Translations under genes and position numbers: made by a program
Part shown: one piece after another, positions 18,942-26,406 of the stretch
Layout of the letters: the number at the start of each line of letters is the position of its first letter
How positions within the stretch are numbered: position 1 is the first letter of the stretch
DNA from: Paracoccus suum
Lineage (GTDB): Bacteria; Pseudomonadota; Alphaproteobacteria; Rhodobacterales; Rhodobacteraceae
Direction: 5' to 3'
Assembly: GCF_003324675.1 (NCBI RefSeq)
Contig: NZ_CP030918.1
Coordinates: 3,210,001 to 3,242,000, forward strand
DNA: 32,000 bases
Notes under the pieces: generated by a model
Told to the model about the DNA's origin: nothing
Database searches by the model: none
What the model saw: the letters and a program-made list of their open reading frames with translations, nothing else

Positions 18942-19892
18942 ATGCAAAAGTTCCTGCTGACGACGGCCCTCGTGCTGCCCCTGACCGCTGGCTTCGGCTT
19001 TGCCCAGACCAGCACCACCAGCACGACAACCACCACCGAGCCGGCTGTGACTGCGCCGACCGCTGGGGATGCGGCAGCTGCTGCCGCTGATAATGCGGCC
19101 ACCGAGGCGGGCAAGGCTGCCGATGCCGCGGTCGACGCTGCCGGCAAGGCCGCGGACGCCGCGGGCGAAGCTGCCAGCGATGCGGTCGATGCCGCGGGCG
19201 ACGCCGCGAAGGCCGCCGGTGACACGGCCGAAGAGGCTGCCGACAAGGCCGCCGACGCGATGAAGCCGGATGCCGCCACCCCCACCACGACTGAGACCCC
19301 GGCGGCGGGCGAGACGACCACCACCCCGGTGGCTGGCGAGACCACCACCACCGTTGCCCCCGCCTCGGGCGAGACGACCACGACGACCACCACGGCGCCG
19401 GTTGATGGCAGCGTGTCGACCACCGACACCACCAGCACCGAAGTGGCGGCGCCGGTCGCTGTTCCGGATGACGTCGTGCGTGAGCAGGCCCCTGACGAGC
19501 TGCGTGCGGCCTGGATTAACGGCAGCACTGTCACCTCGACCGATGGAGAGAACGTCGGCACGATCAAGGACATCATCCTGGACGACAAGGGCGCGATGAA
19601 GGCGGCGATCGTGGGCGTTGGTGGTTTCCTCGGGATCGGCGAAAAGCAGATCGCGATCGACTGGTCGAAACTGACCATCGACTACGATGCCAACAAGATC
19701 ACTACCGCGATCACTCGCGAGGAAGCCAAGGCTGCGCCCGGCTATGTCTTCCGCGACCGCGAAGCTGCTCCGGCGCCGGTCGCTGATACCGCAGCCGCGC
19801 CCGCCGCGACTACCGCGCCTGCGGATACCCCGGCTGCACCGGCAGATCCCGCCGCGCCCGCTGGCACGACCACGACCCCGCCGGCAAACTGA
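18942..19892 (+). CDS. Secreted PRC-barrel domain protein with Ala/Asp-rich and Thr-rich repeat regions
   Basis: Internal ATG of ORF 18678..19892(+), with a GGAGA RBS at 18931. It has a signal peptide (MQKFLLTTALVLPLTAGFGFAQT). The PRC-barrel core reads WINGSTVTSTDGENVGTIKDIILDDKGAMKAAIVGVGGFLGIGEKQIAI. Confidence 0.8.
   Translation: MQKFLLTTALVLPLTAGFGFAQTSTTSTTTTTEPAVTAPTAGDAAAAAADNAATEAGKAADAAVDAAGKAADAAGEAASDAVDAAGDAAKAAGDTAEEAADKAADAMKPDAATPTTTETPAAGETTTTPVAGETTTTVAPASGETTTTTTTAPVDGSVSTTDTTSTEVAAPVAVPDDVVREQAPDELRAAWINGSTVTSTDGENVGTIKDIILDDKGAMKAAIVGVGGFLGIGEKQIAIDWSKLTIDYDANKITTAITREEAKAAPGYVFRDREAAPAPVADTAAAPAATTAPADTPAAPADPAAPAGTTTTPPAN
19308..19394 (+). repeat. Three degenerate tandem repeats GGCGAGAC(G/C)ACCAC... 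encoding GETTTT(T)
   Basis: Copies start at 19308, 19335 and 19368 (spacing 27 and 33 nt). They lie inside the PRC-barrel gene. Confidence 0.8.
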
Positions 19893-19916
19893 TCGCCACC
19901 AAGGCATAATCTGGAA

Positions 19917-19944
19917 GGGGGGCGGGCAAACCCGCCCCCCTTTT
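19917..19944 (+). terminator. Rho-independent terminator
   Basis: A perfect 10-bp GC stem GGGGGGCGGG/CCCGCCCCCC with loop CAAA, followed by TTTT. It lies 25 nt after the PRC-barrel stop. Confidence 0.85.
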
Positions 19945-19992
19945 CACATCACTGTCATACAGGTAGCTTGGTCTGGACCGCCGGAGACGCCC

Positions 19993-20595
19993 ATGCTGCA
20001 ACATTTGGACTACTACTTCGGCACCATCAGCCCTTACGCCTATCTTGCGGGTGACAGGCTGGAGCGGATCGCTGCCGACCGTGGCGCAGAAATCACCTAC
20101 AAGCCATTGGACATCATGCAGTTATTCGATCGAACCGGCGGCGTTCGTCCGCAGGTCCGGCACGAAAGCCGTATGGCCTATCGCGCGCAAGAGCTTGCGC
20201 GCTGGGCGGAACACCTGGGCATGCCGCTGAACCTCAAGCCAGCCGCGGGCATGGTGAATGCCGTCCCCTCCTCCTACGCGATCATCGCGGCGCAGGCTGC
20301 GGGCGGCGGAAATCTGCCGATGCTGGTCCAGTCGATCCTGCGCGCGCATTGGGCCGAGGACCGCGACATTTCTTCCGACACCGTCCTGCGGGAGTTGCTG
20401 CAAGACGCCGGCTTCGATCCCGACCTTGTCGAAAGCGGCCTTTTCATCGGTGCCGAGACCTGCGGCCGAAATCTTGACGAGGCGGTCCTGGCGGGCGTTT
20501 TCGGGTCCCCCTTCTACATCTTGCGCGAAACCGACCAGCGGTTCTGGGGACAGGACAGGCTCGAATTCCTCGACCGCGCCTTGGCAAATCAATGA
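19993..20595 (+). CDS. 2-hydroxychromene-2-carboxylate isomerase family protein (DsbA-like fold)
   Basis: Internal ATG of ORF 19687..20595(+), with a GGAGA RBS at 19983. The sequence runs MLQHLDYYFGTISPYAYLAGDRLERIA...GVFGSPFYILRETDQRFWGQDRLEFL. Confidence 0.75.
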   Translation: MLQHLDYYFGTISPYAYLAGDRLERIAADRGAEITYKPLDIMQLFDRTGGVRPQVRHESRMAYRAQELARWAEHLGMPLNLKPAAGMVNAVPSSYAIIAAQAAGGGNLPMLVQSILRAHWAEDRDISSDTVLRELLQDAGFDPDLVESGLFIGAETCGRNLDEAVLAGVFGSPFYILRETDQRFWGQDRLEFLDRALANQ

Positions 20596-21368
20596 CGATC
20601 GCCGAACGCACCTGGCCAGGTGATCCAAATCGGCCGGCCTTGGCGCTGCACTGCTCGATGGGCTCGTCCAGCTACTGGGGGCCGATTGCCGACCGGCTGG
20701 AAGGTGTTGTCTCGCTGTCGGCATTCGACGCGCCGGGCCACGGCCGCAGCCCCGACTGGCGGCGCGCCAGCAGCGGCGGCGTCGACTACCACACCGCGGT
20801 CACTCGTCTGGCGGCGGCGCGGATCGGCCAGCCGATGGACCTGATCGGCCACTCGCTCGGTGCGACGGTCGCGCTGCGGATCGCCGTCTCTGCCCCCCAG
20901 TCGGTGCGCAGTCTTACGCTGATCGAGCCGGTCCTGTTCGCCGCGGCGCCGGGTGCCGAGGCTGACCCGCTGCATCAGCGCATGACCCGCCTGCTGGAAG
21001 CAGGACAGGACGAGGAGGCGACCCGCGCCTTCCTCTCTGTCTGGGGGGATGGCCATTTTGACGATCTGCCGGCGCTCACCCAGACCCGCATGATCCAGCA
21101 GATTCGGCTGGTCGCCGAGGCGAATGACACGCTGATCTTTGACCGTGCCGATATCCTACGCGATGGCGGCCTGGAGGCGATCGGCGTTCCGGTGATGCTC
21201 ATCCGCGGAAGCAACTCGCCACCCGTGATCGCACAGATCGCGGATGCCCTGGCAGCCCGCCTGCCCGATGTGGCCCGCGCCGAGGTGCCGGGCGCCGGGC
21301 ACATGCTGCCGATCACGCATCCGTACAAGGTCGCGGACCTGATCCGGGTCAATCTGGAACGCTCCTGA
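20592..21368 (+). CDS. Alpha/beta hydrolase
   Basis: ORF 20592..21368(+), 258 aa. It has a GHSLG nucleophile elbow and a C-terminal GAGHMLPITHP. Its start overlaps the preceding stop (ATGA). Confidence 0.85.
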   Translation: MTIAERTWPGDPNRPALALHCSMGSSSYWGPIADRLEGVVSLSAFDAPGHGRSPDWRRASSGGVDYHTAVTRLAAARIGQPMDLIGHSLGATVALRIAVSAPQSVRSLTLIEPVLFAAAPGAEADPLHQRMTRLLEAGQDEEATRAFLSVWGDGHFDDLPALTQTRMIQQIRLVAEANDTLIFDRADILRDGGLEAIGVPVMLIRGSNSPPVIAQIADALAARLPDVARAEVPGAGHMLPITHPYKVADLIRVNLERS

Positions 21369-21392
21369 CCGCGCCGGATTTGACCGGCGCGG
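21369..21392. terminator. Hairpin between convergent genes (possible bidirectional terminator)
   Basis: A perfect 9-bp stem CCGCGCCGG/CCGGCGCGG with loop ATTTGA, immediately after the hydrolase stop and 12 nt from the ltaE stop. There is no clear T-tract. Confidence 0.45.
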
Positions 21393-21403
21393 GGCCCGTC
21401 GGT

Positions 21404-22441
21404 CTAGCCGCGCAGGACCTCGACCAGGCCATCGACCTCGGCCTCGGACGTGGACCAACCGCAGACCAGCCGCACCGAGACATCGCCCTCTTCCGACTGG
21501 ACCTGGGGCCAAAGATGATAGCGCGCGCCGGCCGCCCGCGCACGTGCGTGGGCAGCAGCAGTCAGGGTGGGAAACAGCTGGTTCGCCTCGACTGGGTGAT
21601 GCAGGGTAACCTCCGCTTCCCGCAACCCGGCCGCCAGTCGCGCCGCCATCGCGTTCGCGTGCCCGGCGAGTTCCAGCCACAGCCCGTCCTGCAGCAGGGC
21701 CAGCATCTGCGCCGCGAGATAGCGGTGCTTGCTCATCAGGTGTCCGGCACGCATCCGGCGCATGTCCAGCCCGCGCGCGCGGGCGGGATCGAACACCACC
21801 ACCGCCTCCAGCATCATCGCGCCGTTTTTGGTCCCGCCAAAACTGAGGACATCGACTCCGGCCCGGTGCGTCAACTCGGCGGGGGTGCAACCGAGGGCCG
21901 CGACCGCGTTGGCAAAACGCGCGCCGTCCATATGCACCGCCATGCCGGCCGCCCGCGCCTTGGCTGACAGGGCGGCCACAGCGTCGGGCGTGTAGATCGT
22001 GCCGAGTTCGGTCGAATTGGTTAGCGTCAGGGCCGTGCGCTCGCCCGCGTGGACGTCCTTGCGGCTCATGTCGTGCAGGCGGCGGCCGAGGGCCTCGGGC
22101 GTGATCCGCCCGTCCGTCGTCGAGATCGGCACCAGCGTCGCGCCGCCCGTATAGAACGGAATCGCGCCACATTCGCTGGTCAGGACATGGGCGGTATTGG
22201 CGCAGAAAATCTTGCCCCAGGACAGGCTGATGGCCGACAGCGACAGCGCATTGGCCGCGGTGCCGCCGGCGACCAGCCAGACCTCTGCCTCCGGCGACTC
22301 GAACAATTCCCGCACCGCCGCCGTCGCCTGCGCGGTCAACTCGTCCGTGCCGTAGGCGGGGGAATGGCCGGCGCTTGCCTCGGCCAGGGCAGCCATGATG
22401 CGCGGGTGAACGCCAGACGTGTTGTCCGAGGCGAAATTCAT
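21404..22441 (-). CDS. ltaE: Low-specificity L-threonine aldolase (beta-eliminating lyase family, PLP-dependent)
   Basis: ORF 21404..22441(-), 345 aa: MNFASDNTSGVHPRIMAAL...SFGGTKNGAMMLEA (PLP-binding Lys). Confidence 0.85.
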   Translation of the reverse strand: MNFASDNTSGVHPRIMAALAEASAGHSPAYGTDELTAQATAAVRELFESPEAEVWLVAGGTAANALSLSAISLSWGKIFCANTAHVLTSECGAIPFYTGGATLVPISTTDGRITPEALGRRLHDMSRKDVHAGERTALTLTNSTELGTIYTPDAVAALSAKARAAGMAVHMDGARFANAVAALGCTPAELTHRAGVDVLSFGGTKNGAMMLEAVVVFDPARARGLDMRRMRAGHLMSKHRYLAAQMLALLQDGLWLELAGHANAMAARLAAGLREAEVTLHHPVEANQLFPTLTAAAHARARAAGARYHLWPQVQSEEGDVSVRLVCGWSTSEAEVDGLVEVLRG

Positions 22442-22442
22442 G

Positions 22443-22883
22443 TCACAGATCCTCGATGATGTATTCGTCCCAATCGTCCTCGGTGACGGTCAACTCGCTG
22501 ACCGTCCAGCCCTGGACCGAGGCACCGGCGCGATGGACCGCCTGCCGGTCGCCGCAAATCAGATGGTGCCAGTCATAGAGCGGCTTGCCCTTTGCCCGCA
22601 GCCGGTAGGCGCAGGTGGAGGGCAGCCACCAGTCGATCTCGGCCAGCTTTTCCGAGGTCAGCACGACGCAATCGGGCACGTAGTCATGCCGGTTGGGATA
22701 GCTGCTGCAGGCGCAGGTGTGACCGTCCAACAGGCGGCAGGCGACACGGGTGAAGGCGACCTCGCCGGTATCCTCGTATTCGATCTTGTTCAGGCAGCAC
22801 TTGCCGCAACCGTCACAGAGCGCCTCCCACTCGGGGCGGGTCAGATCGGCCAAGGGCAGCTCCCAGAACCTTTCCCGCATCAT
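22443..22883 (-). CDS. ycgN: YcgN-family (UPF0260) cysteine-cluster protein
   Basis: Internal ATG of ORF 22443..22952(-): MMRERFWELPLADLTRPEWEALCDGCGKCCLNKIEYEDTGEV.... The ATG overlaps the ribF stop (ATGA). Its own stop is 1 nt from the ltaE ATG. Confidence 0.8.
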   Translation of the reverse strand: MMRERFWELPLADLTRPEWEALCDGCGKCCLNKIEYEDTGEVAFTRVACRLLDGHTCACSSYPNRHDYVPDCVVLTSEKLAEIDWWLPSTCAYRLRAKGKPLYDWHHLICGDRQAVHRAGASVQGWTVSELTVTEDDWDEYIIEDL

Positions 22884-23872
22884 GTCGCCGCGAGGACGCG
22901 CCGGGCGTCGATGACGTCCTGCTCCATCTGGATGATCAGTTGCTGGGCGCAATTGAAGGCCATCTCGGGGCGCAGAAAGGCGATCAGCGCGACCGACAGG
23001 TGCTCGCCATACAGATCGCCGTTGAAATCCAGCAAGAAGGTTTCAAGGTTCGGGGCATTGACGCCGAAGGTTGGGCGCACACCAAGGCTGGCAGCGCCGC
23101 CATGGGTTTCGCCGGCGCGCGGGCCGGTCAGGATGTCGGCGCGGACCGCGTACACCCCGAAACGCGGAAGGTGCAGCCCGTCCATGGCCATGTTCGCCGT
23201 CGGATAGCCCAGCGTCCGCCCGCGTTTTTCGCCGTGCAGCACCTCGCCTTCGATCCGGTGCCAATGGCCGAGCATGCGCTCTGCCTCGTCGGGGCGGCCC
23301 TCGCTCAGCGCCTTGCGGATGCGGGTCGAGCTGAAATCGGTGCCTGCCTCGCCGACCAGCGGCTGCGCGCTGACGGAAAAGCCGTTGGCCGGGCCGAGAT
23401 CGACCAGCATCGCCGCGTCGCCCTGACGGCCGCGGCCAAAGCGGAAATCGGCGCCGACCGCGACATGACTGACGCCAAGGCCGCGCGCCAGCACGTCGGC
23501 AGCGAAAGCTTCAGCCGATTGCGAGGCAATGCGCTCATCGAACGGCAGTTGGAACAGGTGCTGGACGCCGAGGCGCTGCAGACGATGGGCGCGGGCCTCG
23601 GCGTTCATCAGCCGGAAAGGTGGCGCGTCGGGGGCAAAATACTGGCGCGGATGCGGCTCGAAGGTGACGACGCCGAGGGGGCGACCCCGCTCGTCCGCGA
23701 CGGCGCGGGCGGCGTCGATGACGGCACGATGCCCCCGATGGATCCCGTCGAAATTGCCCAAGGCCACCGCTGCGCCGCGCGCGTCTTCGGGCAGGCCGTT
23801 CCAGTCGGTATGGATGTGCAAACGAACGCCCCCGAAGGCTGGGTTAGGACCGCCGGCCGTCTGCGGCAGCAA
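22880..23872 (-). CDS. ribF: Bifunctional riboflavin kinase / FMN adenylyltransferase
   Basis: ORF 22880..23872(-): ALGNFDGIHRGHRAVI..., GYPTANM, and a riboflavin kinase C-terminal domain. The true start may be the internal GTG (VRLHIH, at 23824). Confidence 0.93.
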   Translation of the reverse strand: MLPQTAGGPNPAFGGVRLHIHTDWNGLPEDARGAAVALGNFDGIHRGHRAVIDAARAVADERGRPLGVVTFEPHPRQYFAPDAPPFRLMNAEARAHRLQRLGVQHLFQLPFDERIASQSAEAFAADVLARGLGVSHVAVGADFRFGRGRQGDAAMLVDLGPANGFSVSAQPLVGEAGTDFSSTRIRKALSEGRPDEAERMLGHWHRIEGEVLHGEKRGRTLGYPTANMAMDGLHLPRFGVYAVRADILTGPRAGETHGGAASLGVRPTFGVNAPNLETFLLDFNGDLYGEHLSVALIAFLRPEMAFNCAQQLIIQMEQDVIDARRVLAAT

Positions 23873-24005
23873 TCCCGGCCTGCCAGCGGTATCGCCGAGG
23901 CCGGAAGTGGTTGCAAGGCGGCTTGCCCGCGCCGGCTGCCCGGCGCCACACGCATGTGGCGATGGCGGGGGCGGGCATCAACCCGCGCCGCACCTCGCCG
24001 AGGCC

Positions 24006-24887
24006 TCAGCGAAGGCGGCCGATGCTGTAGGTCGGGGCCAGCCCACGCCCGGCGAGCCACTCGTCAAGCATCTGGGCCAGCGGTGCTTCCGGGTCGGGGC
24101 CGAACTGGTCGAAGGCGAGGCCGCCGCTGATGAACAGCGCGTCCAGCCCCTCGTTGATCGCGCCAAGGACATCAGTGGTGATGCCGTCGCCGGCGGCGAC
24201 AATCCGGGCACTGGCATCTAGACGCAGACTCCGTGCCGCAAGCTGGTAGATCGGCGGATGGGGCTTGCCGACATAAATCGCCTCGCCGCCCAGCTGCTGG
24301 TAAAGCTCGGCCAAGGCACCCGCGCAATAGATGCGCTTGTCACCGAAATCGACGACGATATCGGGGTTGGCGCACAGCATCGGCAGGCCGCGCGCCGCGG
24401 CCTCGGTCAGGACGGTCAGGTAGTCCTGCGGGCCCTCGGTCATGTCGTCGAAAAGGCCGGTGCAGACGATGCCCTCGGCCTCGTCCATCGGCACGCGGGT
24501 GATGGGGAGGCGCGGGCTGTCGTCGGGCAGATCGGGCGGTAGGTCGGTGAAGAAGCTATCATCCTTATCCGGGCCCAGGTGCCAGACCCGCTGTCCGACC
24601 ACGCCGCGCAGCATCGCATCCTGCGCCGCGTCGCCGGAGGTCACGATCACGTCCCAGGCCGCGCGGGGAATGCCCATGCGATCCAGTTGCGCCTCGATCA
24701 TCACTGCCGGGCGCGGGGCGTTGGTCAGCAGCGCCACGCGGCGCGCACCGCCATCGCGAAACGCTAGTAGAGCCTCAACCGCGGACGGGAAGGCGCGCTG
24801 TCCATCATGGACCGCGCCCCACAGGTCGCAAAAGATCGTGTCGTATTCGCCGGCGATTTCCGCCAGCGACTGAATGATGCGGGTCAC
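24006..24887 (-). CDS. HAD-superfamily class IIA hydrolase (TIGR01459-like)
   Basis: ORF 24006..24887(-), 293 aa. Motif I is FCDLWGAVHDG, and GKPHPPIY and GDGITTDVLGA are also present. Its start lies 5 nt after the ppaC stop. Confidence 0.85.
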   Translation of the reverse strand: MTRIIQSLAEIAGEYDTIFCDLWGAVHDGQRAFPSAVEALLAFRDGGARRVALLTNAPRPAVMIEAQLDRMGIPRAAWDVIVTSGDAAQDAMLRGVVGQRVWHLGPDKDDSFFTDLPPDLPDDSPRLPITRVPMDEAEGIVCTGLFDDMTEGPQDYLTVLTEAAARGLPMLCANPDIVVDFGDKRIYCAGALAELYQQLGGEAIYVGKPHPPIYQLAARSLRLDASARIVAAGDGITTDVLGAINEGLDALFISGGLAFDQFGPDPEAPLAQMLDEWLAGRGLAPTYSIGRLR

Positions 24888-24892
24888 TGGAA

Positions 24893-25810
24893 TCAGACCT
24901 TCAGGACCGGAATGATCTGCTTTTTGCGGCTGACAACACCCGGCAGCAGGACCGTATCGCCGGTCACCGGGACGCCAAAGCTGCGCGTGGCAACGCCGGC
25001 GACCCAGGGGTTCGGGACCAGCAAGGTCGCCTCTTCGCGCAGGATGTCGACGACGAACAGCAGCACCTCATCAGCGCCGTCCTCGGCCGCGACGCCGGGC
25101 ATGGCCGCCATCAACGCGTCCTTGCGGGCCAGCAGCACCTCGGGGGCGGTGGTCTCGAGGACCGACACGCGCAGGCGCTTGTCGCCCAGATCGTATTCCT
25201 TGCTGTCGATGCGCAGCAGCGCCTCGTCGGCGAAGGCCGAGACGTTCGACTTGGCACGGAACATTTCGGTCGCATAGGCCGGGATCGACAGGTCCAGGTC
25301 GCGGGCCAGCTTTTCGGCGACCCAGCGATCATGCGGGGTGGTGGTCGGGCTGCGGAACTCCAGCGTGTCGGACAGGATGCAGGTCAGCATCAGGCCCTTG
25401 ATGGCACGGGGCGCGCGATCAAGGTCGTCGCCGATCAGGTCGAACATGATCGTCGCCGTGCAGGCGAGCGGGCGCAGCGTCATGTTGATCGGCAGGCGGG
25501 TGGTGATGTTGCCGGCCAGCAGGTGGTGGTCGATGATCTCGATCACCTCGGCCTCGGCCAGCGAGGCGGGCAGCTCGACCGCGTTGTTGGTGTCGACGAT
25601 GACCAGCTGCTCGCCGGCGGCAACGTCCGTGATGATCTCGGGCATCTGGACGTTCCAGTGCTCGAGCATCCACACCGCCTCGGTGTTCGGCTGACCTTGC
25701 AGCACGGCCTTGGCCGGCTGCTTGCGCACGTCGTTCAGATACCAGGCCCAGATGATGGGCGAGCCGGTCGAATCGGTATCAGGGGATTTGTGGCCGAGAA
25801 CCTGGATCAT
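24893..25810 (-). CDS. ppaC: Family II (Mn-dependent, DHH/DHHA2) inorganic pyrophosphatase
   Basis: ORF 24893..25810(-), 305 aa: MIQVLGHKSPDTDSTGSPI..., IVDTNN, IIDHH, SDTLEFRSPTTT, and a C-terminal SRKKQIIP. Confidence 0.9.
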   Translation of the reverse strand: MIQVLGHKSPDTDSTGSPIIWAWYLNDVRKQPAKAVLQGQPNTEAVWMLEHWNVQMPEIITDVAAGEQLVIVDTNNAVELPASLAEAEVIEIIDHHLLAGNITTRLPINMTLRPLACTATIMFDLIGDDLDRAPRAIKGLMLTCILSDTLEFRSPTTTPHDRWVAEKLARDLDLSIPAYATEMFRAKSNVSAFADEALLRIDSKEYDLGDKRLRVSVLETTAPEVLLARKDALMAAMPGVAAEDGADEVLLFVVDILREEATLLVPNPWVAGVATRSFGVPVTGDTVLLPGVVSRKKQIIPVLKV

Positions 25811-25846
25811 CGGAAAGCCTTGCTGCGAGGGATAAAAGTTGCCGCG

Positions 25847-25875
25847 TCTATAGGCGCGCGGCGGCGGGATGTCAC
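25847..25875 (-). promoter_or_regulatory. Putative sigma70-like promoter for the ppaC cluster (GTGACA-N17-TATAGA)
   Basis: The reverse strand reads GTGACA-TCCCGCCGCCGCGCGCC-TATAGA. It lies ~37 nt upstream of the ppaC ATG. Confidence 0.35.
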
Positions 25876-25904
25876 GCCCGCGCGGTGCCGTGGGCGCGGC
25901 CCGG

Positions 25905-25934
25905 TTGACCTGCGCGTCCGACCTGCCCTAGCAT
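25905..25934 (+). promoter_or_regulatory. Putative promoter TTGACC-N17-CTAGCA(T), with no annotated gene for ~220 nt
   Basis: TTGACC at 25905-25910 and CCTAGCAT at 25927-25934. The architecture is close to that of the groES promoter in this window (TTGACA-N16-CTAGAT). Confidence 0.35.
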
Positions 25935-26158
25935 GCGCGCCTTAGCGATGGGAGTAATCCAGCCATGCGCCAGCACGCCTGAACCCCGCCCGCGCCGCGA
26001 CCTTTAGCGTTGTGGCAATCGCCCCGCGCCTTGGCCCGGGGTCAGATGCTCAAGGGGAGTATCCTGAAATGGACCACAAGGGCTGACGCCGACCGCAGGC
26101 CGCGGGCCAAACGCCCTGTCGCGGCCAGAGAGCTTCACCCGAACGCCGGGATTACATC

Positions 26159-26356
26159 ATGCCGAAATCGACCAAGCCGCCCGTTTTCGCGGGCTTTAAC
26201 GATGCGCCAGCCAAGGATGCCAAGGCGCCTGCGGGCATCGCCGGACTGCCGGCGGGCCTGACCGCACCGCCCAAGCATCCACCTGCCAGCAAGGCGCCGC
26301 AGGTCAAGCAGATGGCGGTCAAGCCACCGCCCCTGCCACGCCGCACCACCGGTTGA
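26159..26356 (+). CDS. Hypothetical small Pro/Lys/Ala-rich protein (65 aa)
   Basis: ORF 26159..26356(+). Third-position G+C is high (about three quarters by hand count). Nine AAG/AAA Lys codons run against the GC bias, which argues for real coding. The RBS is weak and I recognise no family. Confidence 0.35.
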   Translation: MPKSTKPPVFAGFNDAPAKDAKAPAGIAGLPAGLTAPPKHPPASKAPQVKQMAVKPPPLPRRTTG

Positions 26357-26371
26357 GCTAAGCCGAGCGTC

Positions 26372-26404
26372 GCCCGAAGGCCGGTCCCGCGCCCGCCTTC
26401 GGGC
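26372..26404. terminator. Hairpin between convergent genes
   Basis: GCCCGAAGG (26372-26380) pairs with CCTTCGGGC (26396-26404). The loop is 15 nt and there is no T-tract. Confidence 0.3.
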
Positions 26405-26406
26405 CC

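Noticed and set aside
23873-24005. Possible riboswitch (FMN/RFN) or terminator in the 133-nt gap upstream of ribF
   Set aside because: There is no resemblance to the conserved RFN core. Only short hairpins without T-tracts are present (GCCACA-TGCG-TGTGGC on the - strand). The gap may also shrink if ribF has an alternative start.
26010-26261. 83-aa TTG-initiated ORF and a 19-aa ORF (25948..26007) within the ppaC-upstream leader
   Set aside because: The composition is Arg-rich and looks frame-shifted. There is no RBS, and the 83-aa ORF overlaps the better-supported frame at 26159. I treat the region as non-coding leader.
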